Shown in pieces: positions 41,901-55,129 of a DNA stretch of 64,000 bases. Below the pieces are notes generated by a model. It saw nothing but the letters and a program-made list of their open reading frames with translations, was not told the origin of the DNA and did not search any database. Made by a program: the position numbers and the translations under genes. Origin of the DNA: Eledone cirrhosa (lineage: Eukaryota); assembly GCA_964016885.1 (NCBI GenBank), contig OZ024741.1:304358001-304422000 (forward strand), in the 5' to 3' direction. Each line of letters begins with the position of its first letter. Position 1 is the stretch's first letter.

Positions 41901-44900
41901 TAAGTCAAGCACACAGATTACGAATTTGTGGTCCGTGTAGCTGACTATCTTGAATTGTGGACAGCCTATGCTAGACCTATCTATTTCCCTACAAAATACT
42001 CTATCTAGATATGATCTGGATGACCCTATGCGGTTTGTCCAAGTCCACATTGGCACATTCGGGAAATCCAATCGGTACCTGTCAGACAGTTCAAAACGCC
42101 TGAGCAGGTTGGTGAGGCTCTTGCACCCTCCACCCCTATCCGCTAATCCCACACAGTCCCAGCGTGCATCTAAGATCCCGTTCCAGTCGCCCACTAACAC
42201 TAAAGAACGGGACGTTCCAAGAAAGGTCTCCAGACGGAAGAAATCAGGCCGCCCTGCTCCTGTCGGGGCATAGACGGCCACTAGCCTGAAAGCTTGCCCG
42301 TCTCCGCTGGTCACGTCCAGCACCACCAGCTTACCCTCTGGGTCCATGAAGATGGCCCGTATGGCGAGATCCAAACCTCTCCGAAAAAGCACAGCAACTC
42401 CTCCCCCCGATCCAGGACGGCTGGGAGATGCGTACACATCGTAGCCGTCGAAGATCGGTGCGAAGGCCCGTGCTTCGGAGATTCTGGTCTCGCTGATGGC
42501 CACTACATCTATGTTTAGTGACCTGAGGTCGTTGAGCAGGTGACCCTGCTTCCATGACGACCCCAAGCCACGCGCATTTATGCTGCCTATTCTGAGTGAG
42601 GTCATGTTTAAAATAGAGTGGAAAAGATGGGAAAGACCACTTACCGTACTTTTGGTAGAGGAGGGATGGTTTTTACATCCCTTTTCACTTGATCGTCTGG
42701 TGAAGGGACCGTTGAATCGTCCCTTCGGCTGGTCGTCGGCTCTTCTATGAGAATGTCTGAATATACTCTTCGATTGATAGTTCCTCCTAGGTCCCTGAAA
42801 TCACCAACTGCGTTGGGGAATTTCGTTTTAATGTTTGTGTATTGTTTCTGTGCTATTTTTAGCAGTCTTATGTTAGTTGGCGTTTTGATTGGTGCTGGTA
42901 TTATGTAGTCGTGTTGTGAAATGTCTGTGTGTTCAATTATGTAAGTCATTAGTTTCTTGTTGTGTGTATTTATTGCCGTGCATTTGTTTTTCTGGGGGTG
43001 GGGTGTGGTTCTGCTATTTTCTTGTCGTTGTTGCTGGGTGTGTGTGTTTTGTTGTTGTGTTTGCGATGTTGGTGCTTGTGGTGGTGGTGTTGAAGGTGTT
43101 GTTGGCGGTGGGGTTGTCTCCGGTGGTGATGGTGGTGCTAGTGTGGGTGGTGATGGTGTTGGTGGTGTTGCTGCTGTGGGTCTCTTTGCAGTAGACTTTA
43201 CCCTTTTCTCATTTCTTTACTCCCTTTTCAAAGGCGACGATGCGCTGCTTCTGCGTTTGCGCCTTCTTACGACCTTTTGCCATCCCTCTCCCACCTCACA
43301 CTCCATGTCTGATTCTGTGAGGTCGGGGAGGGGTACCAGCTCCACTCTTTCACTTGTTGTTGTTGGTGATGTTTGCACTGGAGTCTCTGTTGCAGCTGCA
43401 TTTGGTATTGCTGTTGTTGTTGTTAATATTTCCACTGCTGCTGCTGTTTTTGATTTCCGTGGCATGGGTATGGGTGCCACGGACCTATCGTTCCTGGTTG
43501 CCGCTTGTCCTGTTGCTGGTAGCCGTGGAGCCGGTTTCGGAAGGAGGGGGGTTTTCTCCTTTCTCAGGGTCTTCTCGTTGCAGAAGGCCCTGAGGTGAGT
43601 CTTCGATCCACAGCGAAAGCATTTCGGGCGTTTGCCCTCAACACTTATGGGCAGTTGAGTGCCGTTATCGAAGTCTATCACATCCGGGATAGCTTCGATG
43701 CACTCCTGGTTGGTTTGGATTAGCATCTCAATGGAGGTGCCGACCCAATCTTCTCTTACTTTTTTCTGTACTTGCAGTACAGTTGTTTTGTCCTCGATTC
43801 CGACGAGGACAGACGCGGCCAGCCAAGAAGCGGCCATTCCGGGGGGGATGTGGGTCAGTTTGACCCTCACAATTTTTTGCCCGCAGTAGGAGGGCACCAA
43901 CACCATTTCCTCGCTCCTTAGGATCACTACGGATTGGGCCTTTGCCTCCTGGGGTGTGGCAAAAAGTACGTCTACGGTGACATATTTTTTTGCCTCGGGT
44001 GATGTGCGTTTTCCGCTGCCACATAGACCCCAAGGCTTTTTGTATTTGAGCCTCTGTGGCTCTTTGCACCCTACGGGATTTTGTACTTACTGTACGGTAC
44101 GTGACCGTACAGTGCTGTTGGGTTTCGAAAAATTTTTCCGCTGCCTTGCAGATTGCTCGGTGTCCAGTCTTTGTCACCATCTTCTTCGCTTCCTCTAATT
44201 CCCCATTTGTTATGAGGATTGTTTCCAAGTTTTTCGCAATACCTGCAAATGAGATTGGTTTTTCTTTGCTGCTGTTGTTGTTGTTGTCGTCAGAGCTGCT
44301 GTTACTTTTGTTGTTGCTGCAGGTACTACGACTACTGCCTCCGCCGCTGTTGCTGTGGTTGTTGTTGGTGTTGCTGCTGCTAATGCTGTTGTTGTTTATG
44401 CTGCTGGTGATGCTGTTGCGGCTGCTACTGTTGTCTTCATTGTCACTGTTGCTGTTGTTATTACGGCTGCTACTGCTATTATTCCTGACGTCAGACGAAT
44501 GAACTGGGTTTTCGTATTTCCCGCACACCTGTTTCGTCGCTGTCGTCGTCGTCGTGGAGAAACCTTGCACGCTTTGCACGAGACTTTTCTTTTCTTTCGT
44601 CGCTTGCGAAAGAGAAGGGAGGGAGAGAGACAATCTTCTCTCTGCTGTAGTGATGATTGAGGAAGAAGAAGACGGAATGAGTGGGAGTGACCTATGAAAT
44701 TTCTTTCTCGTAGCCATGTTGTTTTTTTTGTTTAAAATAAATATTGGGTACAAAACCCCAATAAGCAGTTATTTAACCCATAAGGGCCAAATAACGGGCA
44801 GAAAGACCCCTCTCACGAGGAGGAGGGTGTTTTTGTCTACAAGTTCGTTAAAGTTTTAAACAATTTACAATTGTTATAGTGTTCAAAATTTACAATACCT

Positions 44901-44927
44901 TACAGAGCCGAGCATAGCATAGCATTC
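38932..44927 (-). mobile_element. Tx1/L1-type retrotransposon copy 3, full length but disrupted
   Basis: ORF2 split into 40887-42605, 40490-40990 and 39251-40477 (frameshift and stops), very similar to copy 2. ORF1 fragments at 42641-44717 contain CFRCGSKTHLRAFC. Confidence 0.92.
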
Positions 44928-44995
44928 AATAATAATAATAGAGAGAGCATTCATAGCATTCATAGCATAGCATTCAATAATAATAATAATAATAA

Positions 44996-45285
44996 TTTCA
45001 TTTATTAGCCACAAGGGCCGACATATAGAGGACAATACAAAAGACAGGGACAGTGGGGGTTTGCATATGCCACGTGTAAACAATATAAATAACAATAACA
45101 AAATAACAATAAAAATACAAGGAAAATTCCCCAATAGGGGGGGGGGGGTGACCACTCAGGGTTCACTCAGGTACCCCACCAACCCTGAACCACCCAACGC
45201 TTCAAGAGTACCCAGAAAGGGCACTCCTCTCCTCCTCAAATTCACCCACCTACAGGCGTATGATCAGAGTAGGCCCACCTTTCAG
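44996..45285 (-). mobile_element. 3' terminal fragment of a related Tx1 subfamily
   Basis: Shares tttattagccacaaggg, aaaattccccaatagggg and gagtaggccca with the 3' ends of copies 1-3. Confidence 0.7.
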
Positions 45286-46347
45286 CAAATAACCAAATAG
45301 AAATAAAATCCATATGTCAACGTCCTAGTTAACACCCAAGTACATTTTTAGTTGTATCTCTTTCCTCAGTCAAAAAGCTTTATAATTTTTTTTTTTTTTG
45401 GTTTTGTTTTTTTGTGTGTGATTTAGATATTGTCAACCCATAAACATATAAAATAGCACATTCAGCAGAGTTTCCTCTGTTGCAAGCATCTATCAGCATT
45501 CTGTTCTGCCCATACCAACATAGAGAAGCAGATGTAAAACAATGGTAATCATCATCATCATCACCACTACTACCATTTACCATCTATTTTTTCATGCTTG
45601 CATGGGCTAAATGGGTTGTAACAGTATGAGGCTAGGCTGGTCAGGTGACCATGCCTTACTCATATGTTCTGTTTTTAGTTTGGTTTTCAACAGCTGGATG
45701 ACTTTCCTAATGTCAACCACTTCACACCATGTACTGGGAGATTTTTTTTGTAGTACAAGCACTACCACCTGACAGGATGAAGAGGATGATTTTTGTCATG
45801 ACATCAGTACAACCACATTACAGAGTGGACTGGGTGCTTTTTGTTGTGGCACCAGCACTACCACTTTATAGGGTGGACTACATGTGTTTCATCATGTCAT
45901 CAGTACTATGTCCTAATAACATTTTGGTGCTTGCTGTGTCTTTGATCAGGCTGGGGAGACAGAATAATGTTCTCTTTAACAGGTACAGTCATGACTGGGT
46001 TGTTAAAAAATTCACTTTGCAACCAGTTGATTCTGGGTTCAATCCTGTTGTGTGGCACCTTTGACAAGTGTTGTCTATAGCCTTACTCATGGGTCTCAAA
46101 TAATCAATGTGGAAAATCAGTAATTTTTCTAGGTTGACTCCGTTGATTTTTTTAAAAACAATAAGTCGGTTAGTTTACATATCAAGACTCCAACCTATCC
46201 TATTTATTTTATAATGTATGAGATTTCTTTTTTTGTTATGTAAAATGTTTTTTAATAATCTAAAGAATATTAAGCGTCACAGGAATGCTACCACTTAAAA
46301 TAAAATTTGGCCAGAGATAGATTAGCAAAACTTAATAAGCGGCTGTG

Positions 46348-46728
46348 TCATCATCATCATTATCATCACCATTTTACGTCCGTTCTTCCACGCTAGCATG
46401 GGTTAGACAGGTTGTCCTGTTGTAAGCAGTGTCTGGTCAGCTGACCTTGTCTTGCTCATACCGGAACTGATTCTGGCTTGATTTCTACAGCTGGATGCCC
46501 TTCCTAACACCAACCTCATTTACAGTGAGTGCTGGGTGCTTTTTTTTCCATGGCACCTACACGTCCACTTTACAGTGTGGGCTGGGTGCTTTTTTGCCGT
46601 GGCACCTCCACGAGCACTTTGCAGTGGAATAATAGGGACCCCAGTCCTATCATCTCATTTCTACAGCTGAGTAAACTGGAGCAATGTGAAATAAAGTGTC
46701 TTGCTCAAGGAAACAACACACCACCCGG
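46348..46728 (-). mobile_element. SINE (CORE-like body + RTE tail), head truncated
   Basis: Close match to 1-290; (CAT)n tail. Confidence 0.75.
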
Positions 46729-46974
46729 TTGTGTGTATGTTGGAATAAAAGCAGTGAGGTGGAAAAAATCTGAAAAATTAATAAAGGGGTGGGGACGATT
46801 ATTCGAGACCCGAGAGTGTATATGAGGTAAAAAATGATATTCCATGTTTATGTAATTATGATATGCCATGTTTATGTAATTATATTCATGACCCAATTTC
46901 AATTCACAGTGTATTTATTTACAAATGTTGTAATTTACATTCTATTGTCCTCAAACATCAATAGAACTTATCGC

Positions 46975-49900
46975 TTAACCCAGACTTCTTTGCCCACCTG
47001 CACGAATGCACTCTCTCTCCCACTGGCCGTTGTGGTGGCGTGCACGGGTGCCGCCACTCGTATCTGAATACTGCTCTGTGTGGCACCGATTCCTCGACCT
47101 GTCCCACCCGAGGGGACATGTTATACCAGAACACTGCCTCCATTGGTGAGATATGGCCCCGCTCCGCCATTGCCTTGATCGTCCGGTGGTGTCGCTCCAC
47201 AATTCCATTCCCACTCGGCCTGTGCGCTGCTCTGAAGAAATAGTCCACCTGTTGTCCATCAGCAGTTCGTCCACAGGGCCCCGCTCCAAGAACACCTCTC
47301 TCAACGTCCGCATGATTTCCTCGGCTGTTCCAGTCTTCATCTCCCTCCATATCGCCATCCGTCCTGGTCCACAGTCGACCATCGAGAAGTACATTCCCTG
47401 TCGGTAGTGCGTTACATCCACCGCCAATCGCTTCCAGTCGCGATCCATCGGGAGGCTTCCCGTTTCGTGTACACCCGGGGCGGGATCAATGGACTGACAT
47501 CGGACGCAGCCTCTAACCACCCTTTGAACACTGTGTCTTTTAACGTCCGAGTCGATTCTCCTGGCTAGGAACAGGCTCCTATCCACTCCCATGTGGTGCA
47601 TGTCATGCAACCCTTTCAGATCCGACTCGGTCAGCCGACACACGGCAGCTATCTCATCTTCTACCTCCTCCGGCGCTTCCATCCAGGCTTTCTTCACCCT
47701 AGTTAAGATGTCCACCCTAGTTAAGATGTCCACCCTATTTTTATCTGAGGGCACGAAAACTACGCTCAGTCTCAGGTCGAACTCGGTGGCCAGCTCTCCT
47801 AAAGTTCCCAGGCGGCGCTTTATCAGCATCTCCGCCACCCCTCTCGTTCGCACTCTCTTCTCACTGGTGAGCACTGATCTCACCCATCCGAGTACAGTAG
47901 CCGAGTCGTTGCGTATCTCGATGGTGCGCAGTCCTCACCTCAGGGCGAGGTTCACCCCTCTCAACACTGCATCCAGTTCGGCCACATTGATGTGGTTGCA
48001 GTCGTCCTTCTTCCTAAGCCAGGCTGCATCCTCGACCTCAACACCTCCTATCTCCAACGTGACACCCAGCGCTATGCTGCTGGCATCGCACCATATGGTC
48101 TCGCTCTGTGATTTGGGAACATACCAGTGTCCCCGCACTGGGTCGTCGGCCTTCACCCTCCCCACGATCTCCTGCATCATGGCCACCGTCCTCTCTCCCA
48201 CTCTGTCACTCCAAGTTACTCCTCCCGCTCATCTCTTGACATAGCTGCATGCCGTCCGGAGCCACCCAGCAATCGGGTAGCCACCAACTTTCCACACACC
48301 GAGAAAAGCTCCCGCCTACTCATACTTGGGCCCAGTTCTGGAACTTCATTTCCCCTCTGGAATACCAAGACACCCGTCCTGTCTCGCCGTAGCCTAAGTC
48401 CCAGCGCGGCTCCTCCCTCCAACGCTTCTGACGGCTTTGCAGCCAGTCCATACCCCTGTAAATGGCTCGTGACCTCCGCCGCCGACACCACAGACTCGTC
48501 CACTAGGATGTCGTCAATATAGGAGTTAGTGGCCCTCTTCATCTTGTCAGCCTTTCCCAGAATGGTTTTGAGGACCGCCGCCATGATCTTCGGTGCGGAG
48601 CTCAGCCCGAAACCGAGCCTGGTCAGGCAATATGTCTGGCCCTTATACCTGACCAGCTGATACTGCCAGAGCTTCTCATCTATATGCAATTGCAAGTATG
48701 CCGACTTTAGATCTACGATTGCTGAACCCCCCATCATGCGTCTCCACTCATGCAGGGTTTCCCCACAGACATCCGTGACCTCGCCACCGGTGTGGCATGA
48801 CACGTGCTCGTTCAGCTCCCGAAAGTCCAGCACCGGCCTCACCTTGTTCTTCGTGGGTTGCGCCACCGCCATTAACGGCAATACTCTGCACTTCACCTTC
48901 TCTTTCCAGGGAAGCAGTATGCCCTCCTCAATCCATCTCTCTACCTCTCGCTCGAACTCGCTCCTAATGTTTCCCTTCAATGTGTGTTGATAGCAGCCCA
49001 CTTTGGTCTTCAGTGTTGGTGGTTCTCCCTTCCAGTACCACTCAACAACCCATCGCTGCCCATCGAACATGGCCTTGAAGTCTTTGTCCTGCACAGTGTA
49101 AGTGGGGTATTTCTCCTCGTGGGCCTTCTGGTTCTCCTGTCGCACACTCACAGCGCATACCGATGCAGCGGCGCCAAACGACACACCGACGTTGTTCACT
49201 GTGACGCCTCGTAGATGGCCAATTGCTTCCATGCCCATAACCACGCCGATCCCATCCACCACGCTGCCCCCTACGATGGCAGAAAGCCTTATTTTCCTTC
49301 CCCGTACCGCTATTTCCATCTCGCTGCGACCTCGGCATTCAATTTTTCTGCCGTCAACTGCCCTTACGCTGCTCTTCCCTCTCCACCTCTGCACCACCCC
49401 CACGGTCACCAGTGTCGTCGTACAGCCCGTGTCCACAAGGGCTTGCTGTGGCTTTCCCCTCACGAAGACTTCCACCACGGGCAGCGCCTCTACTCGTAAG
49501 AGGCAACTACCGGCGCAGTAGTTCCCCTTGGATCGTTTCCCTGGTCGCAGTTAATAGTGATGTGGCCTGGTCGCTTACACCGGTAGCATATTATTTCCAG
49601 CCTTGACTCTCTGCAGTCTCTAGCCATGTGCGGGCCCTGGCACCGAAAACAGCGACCTCTAAACGTTCGCGGGCGACCGCGTGCCGTGGTTGCTTCCCTT
49701 TCACCATTTCGCTGCCAGCTGTCTTGAGCCTCTGTAGTTGCTATTGCCGCAACACTCTTTTTGGCATCTTCTGCTATGATCCGGGCTTGTTCCACCAGTG
49801 AACGCATTTCCATTTCTTTGTAACCTGGGACTTGCTGCAGTTTCACCGCTATGTCGTCTGGAAATCCATTTATGAACGCCAACTGTATCGTGTGTTCGCA

Positions 49901-50270
49901 TTCCACCTGATATCCAGCCAACATGGCCAATCGCCATATTTCCGCTGCGAAAATATCAACGCGTTCACCGTTCCCTCTAATTCTTGCCAGCTTAGCGAAA
50001 GCGGCTAACGGTCCCTCTGCGAATGCTTCTATCATGCGCCTCTCAATCTTTTGCGCATCTCTTTGGCTGTGTTCGTCCAACTCAAGGAAGAGTACCAACG
50101 TGTCCCCCTTGAGGTACAGTGCCATGAGGCCAGCCACATCTTCTATCTTCTGCAACTTGCGACCAGCCGGACTTTTCGCAGCCAAGCGACAACATCACCT
50201 TCCCCAGTAAATGCCCTGATAGCTTCGCTTGTTCGTAGTCTTGTAGCCATCTTCTAATTTGTCTTGCAGT
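46975..50270 (-). mobile_element. Ty3/Gypsy-type retrotransposon internal region (gag-PR-RT-RH-IN), degenerate; LTRs not identified
   Basis: gag 49490-50250 with knuckles CFRCQGPHMARDC and CYRCKRPGHITINC; protease LVDTG; RT VLDFRELN, DLKSAY, FGL, YIDD; RNase H WCDAS...AEL; integrase H-H-C-C, AVD, LMDN, NGIVERHHRT. Several frameshifts. Confidence 0.9.
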
Positions 50271-51719
50271 ACGTGATAAAAAAAAACAACAGACTCCTCT
50301 CTGTTTTTCCAGTAGCTTTTTTTTTTCTATTTTTTTTTTTTTCTTTCAATCAGATCTCAGTTTCCAGTGCCGAAATAGCTTGTGGTTAGAAAAAGCTATC
50401 TCACTTACCGCTAAATTCCACTGCTGGTCTCTCCTCTTCCACGTGCGTCCAACTGCTTAACACCGGGAGCTGCCAAAACTCGCATCCACACCGTTGCTGG
50501 TCACCACTAGAGAGGCCATCTGCTGGCCCTTCCAGTCGAGCATCCTTCCCGCCAAGCACCCTTCCGGTCGAGCACTCCCCTGCTTCCAGCCTCCGCACGC
50601 CACACCATACCCACACTATTGATAGATGTTTATGATTGAGAAAAAAAGCCAAGCCTATTATACTTCCATTAGATAAATATAATAATACAAATATAATAGG
50701 CTTTCAAATATATATTTGATTGTCTAACCCATACTAGCATGTTAAACGAAGATGATGATGTCACACCTAAACACAATTTATATAAAACTTTTATTAAAAA
50801 TGTGGGACAAAAATAATAAAAAGTTTTGTAAGTGAAAAGCGTAACATCACCTCCGTTGTTGATCTCCTCCTATAGTCAATCTTCTCCAGATGGGATCATC
50901 ATCATCATCATCATCATCATTTTACGTCCGCTTTTCCCTGCTTGCAAGGGTGGGATATATCTGCTATATCCCTACCTGCCTAACTTCTGGCTAGAAAACC
51001 TTGGACATATACCCCAAATCAAACAATAGACATGTCTGCTCAAAAAGACAGTCAAAATGGAAAGAGAACCACACTGCTACTCCTTCCTCTTACGTGATGT
51101 CACTCAGCCCCTTTCTTCTGGCAAGGAGTCCAATGAGGTCACTGAGCCCTATACTTCTGACAAGCCCTCCCCTCAACCCTAAAAAAGAATAAAAAGGGGG
51201 GAACAGATCTACGCTATCATTTACAAACCACAACATGGGGTACTGGAGTTTCCTTCAAATAATTTTTAAGACAAGTATTGTTGTGGGTGAAATATTAATT
51301 AATTTATGTATGGATATACATAATTGTTGTATTTACCTAATTAGAGCAACAGATGGCCAAGGTCATAGGGGTTAATCTTCAATCATAATTTCATTCACAT
51401 TTAAGGATGCATCATCATCACCATTTTACATCTATTTTCCATGTTTGCATGGGTTAGACGAGCTGTCACATTCTAAGGCTTCACAGACAGTTCAGACAAG
51501 TTTCTCTTGCTCATGTTCCATTTTGGCATGGTTTCTACAGCTGAATCCTCTCCTAATTGCCAACTGTTGCATGGCCTGTACCTGGTTTGTTTTCTCATGA
51601 CATCACCACAACCACCTGATAGTTGACTGAGTGCTTTTTTTTTTCATTCTTCAGCCAATTTCTTTCGAATAGAGAGAGATAGAGTGATAGAGAAGAAGTG
51701 AGAAAGAGATATAGAGGAA

Positions 51720-51882
51720 GAATTGACAGCATTATTGAACTGGTACTTTTTTTATGGACCTTGAAAGAATGAAAGGCAAAGTTGACCTCAGTGGGATTTG
51801 AACTCAGAGAGCACAGAAACCCAGAAAAAATACCTCAAAGCATTCTATCCCACTTTCTAATGACTCTGCCAATCTGCCACCA
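51720..51882 (-). mobile_element. tRNA-derived SINE (second family)
   Basis: ctggtacttt...gaaaggcaaagttgacctc...gggatttgaactcag...ctgccaatc. Confidence 0.7.
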
Positions 51883-52207
51883 GTTGTAATCATTATAGAT
51901 AGTTATAGTGGGTGTATTCTTTTGTTGTATTAGTGTGTAGTTAATAAAAAGGAGTTTGATCCCATTTCTACTCAGTACTCCCCAGGAAAGTTAAGATGTG
52001 GTGCTACCAATATTGCTTTTTCCCAAGGCTCTTATGGCTCCTCTAAGTGAATAAAATACTTTTAACAAGAGTGGAGAGAATGAAAAGGTGCACTAATAGG
52101 TCTCTACAAAAATGGCTTAGTCTCCTACAAGTCTTTGCATAAGCTCTGAGCTGTATAGCACTACTACAAAACTGGTGGAGGAGTTAAAGTGTATAAGTAT
52201 ATGTGTA

Positions 52208-52241
<34 letters not shown>

Positions 52242-52419
52242 AAATCCTGGGACGAGCTGATAAACTCCGACCTCACACACTTACACCTCACCAAGACAAT
52301 GTCACTGGACCGAGACCTTTGGCGGTACTCAGTAATAGAGAAGACCCGCCTTACCTAAATATAAAGTAAAACCTACTACAGTCAGTAGGCATCTCTAACA
52401 AAATACACCCCCGTCCCAC

Positions 52420-52743
52420 CACCCCACCCCATCCACACCGCCCCCTTCTATGTAAAGTTATGTTGGTGCCACACCATCCAGGCCGAAACAAATGAGATCG
52501 TGTAGGTGTCACGACAAAAAAACACACAGTCCACGCTGTAATGTGGCCGTGTAGGCAACACGGTAAAAACCTCCCAGACCCACACTGTAAATGTAGTTGG
52601 TGTTAGGAAGGGCATCCAACTGTAGAAAACCTGCCAGACAGTCCTATGCGAGCAAGACGATCACTCTTGCCTCAAGTGGGAAAACCCCCGTCCAAACCCA
52701 TGCAAGCGTGGAACACGGACGTTAAACGTTGATGATGATGATG
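52420..52743 (+). mobile_element. SINE/RTE-tail repeat with (GAT)n end
   Basis: gttggtgttaggaagggcatcc...cccatgcaagcgtggaa...ggacgttaaac(gat)n. Confidence 0.65.
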
Positions 52744-52899
52744 ATTGTTATACTTTGGGAGGGTCATGTTGCCAATAAGAAACACACGCACCAGTTGCTT
52801 TCACTTCAATTTATTATATATTTATAAATTTACAAATTTATAAATTTATAAATTTCTGGTTGGTTGGTTGGTTCCACAACCAGATAGTTGTTTATATAT

Positions 52900-52944
52900 A
52901 GTCATAGTTCTTTCGTCACACACTCTGTGACCTCTTCAGTGACT
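52900..52944 (-). ncRNA. Minimal hammerhead motif in Penelope pLTR
   Basis: Reverse complement of 55952-55996. Confidence 0.7.
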
Positions 52945-53343
52945 GGGGATTCCTTTCTTTGTTTCTGTGCCTCTCCTTTGTTCTGTCCTACGCCATTTTG
53001 TTTCTGTGTGTTGTGTGCTCAGTCTGCGCATGCGCCACATCCGGGTGTCTGTGTGTGTTTATGTTCATTTATCTATTTGTTTATTTACATCGTTGGTTGT
53101 TTGTTCTATGTGTGTGTGTGTTTTCATTTTGTCCTTAATTGTAAGTTGTGATGTTGCTGTTCCACTCATATTTTATATTTAATTTTGGTTGTAATTCTTT
53201 TATGTTTATTGCCTCCGTAATTTGTCTAAACATTGCATCTTTTCTGTGTGTAGATTCTATTTTTATTTCTATGTTCTCTAATTTACCCTTGTGTTTTATC
53301 TTAGCATGTTGGTAGAGTAGAGTACAGATGATTCTTTATTATA

Positions 53344-55129
53344 TAATAATAATAATAATAATGAAATTATTGTGTAAAGTGCTCAGGTGCACTACAACTC
53401 GTCAATATAGTACATAGAATAATACACAAATGCCAGGGAAGTACATGTTTGTATGTGTTAGCTGTAGTGTTGGCGGATCTCGGGAAGCATGGAGGCCTTA
53501 AAGGATGCAGTGTCTCGACAGCTAACAACTGATGCAGGTAGTTTGTTCCATGCTTCAGCAACTCTCAGCGTGAAAAAATGTTTCCGAAAGTCATGGGAAC
53601 TGTGCTGTTTTCTTACTTTGTGGGCATGTCCACGTGTGTTAGACACATGGAAATCGAAAAGGCACTCAGGGTTGTTGTTGGCAACATGGTTAACAATTTT
53701 GTGGGTGTTTACCAAGTCAGTTGCCAGGCGTCGGAGCTTCAATGAATCCATGCCCAGGGAAGCAAGGCGCTCAGAGTATGGTAGATGCCTGATGGAGGGT
53801 ATTCGCTTGGTTGCACGTCTCTGAACAGTTTCCAGGCGGTCAATGTCCTGAGCAAGATAGGGGTTCCAGACTGGTGATGCAAATTCTAAGTGTGGTCGCA
53901 CCATAGCTGTATACAGCCTTAAATAGATATCTGGAGAGCGGCTGACAAAGGTCTTGCTGAGTGATGCTAAGACACCCTCGGCCCTCTTGACAATTTTAGA
54001 GACGTGCCTCGTCCAACGCAAATCGCTGCTGACCGTAATGCCCAGGTCACGTTCACAGGAAGACTTCTTGATATTAGTGCTGTGGAGGGAGTATGTGGAC
54101 GCTGGGTTTTTACTCCCAAAATGCATGGTGGTGCACTTGTCCACAGCTAGCTTGAGTTGCCAGTTTGAGATCCACTGTTGCATTGTGTCCAGGTCAGACT
54201 GCAAGCAAGATCTATAGTGTTCAGGATCTGTCCTTTTTATCTCAAGGTACAGCTTGATGTTGTCTGCATACTTTAGTACTGTGGCATTCCTTAAGTTGGC
54301 ATCTATGTCATTAATATATGCCACAAACAAAAGGGGGCCAAGAACAGATCCCTGAGGTACACCAGATGACATCTCATATGGTGAGGAATGCTGTCCCAGA
54401 ACCGTGACTACCTCTCTTCGACTGAGAATGAAGGACTTCAACCAGTTAAAAAGATCATCCTTCACACCCATTGCAGAGAGTTTTGCCATAAGCCTTTTGT
54501 GTGGCACAGAATTGAAGGCCTTCGCAAAGTCAAGGTAAACAACATCCACCCATGAGCCGCCATCAGTGATCCGGGTGATGTCCTCAAGAAACTCTATAAG
54601 TTGATCACAGCAGCTGGAGTTGGGGATAAATCCAAATTGCGAGGACCGGATAAGACTGTGAGAGCTCCAGAAGTTCCAAAGTGTTTCTCTGACACAGGAT
54701 TCCATCAGTTTGGCGATGCAACTAGTAAGACTGACTGGACGATAGTTCACAGGTGATGTGCGGTCACCCTTTTTGAACAGAGGAATTACACTGGCAGTTT
54801 TCCACTGTTCTGGAGTAGCACTGTTGTTCAGACAGAATTGGAAGAAGCGTGATAACTGGTGTAGAAGGAAGTACCCACCACGTTTAAGAAGCAGGTACGT
54901 AACACCATCAAGACCAGGAGAGGCATGGTTGCGTTTATTTTTTAGGTGACGTCGCAGCATTGCAGGTGTAAATTCCATGGTTGTAATAGAGTCCGGTGTC
55001 ATAGGTGGTGGAGATGGTACATTCTGGTCTTCAATGGTGAAAATGCCTGCATAGCATTCAGCAATGAGCTCTGCGCATTCCTTGGGGTCGTCAGTAACCT
55101 GGCTTGTGTGGGGATTGCGAAGAGGACCA
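53344..55129 (-). mobile_element. CR1-group LINE, 5'-truncated, (ATT)n tail
   Basis: ORF 53458-55149 has SPGLDG, YRPVSLTS, YLDFAKAF, GVPQGSVLGPLLF, YADN (catalytic Asp lost), ERDLGI, VRPHLEFAS and WNKLP. Confidence 0.9.

Noticed and set aside
34262-44660. Numerous plus-strand ORFs over the Tx1 copies
   Set aside because: Antisense shadows of the minus-strand ORF1/ORF2, with no recognisable domains.
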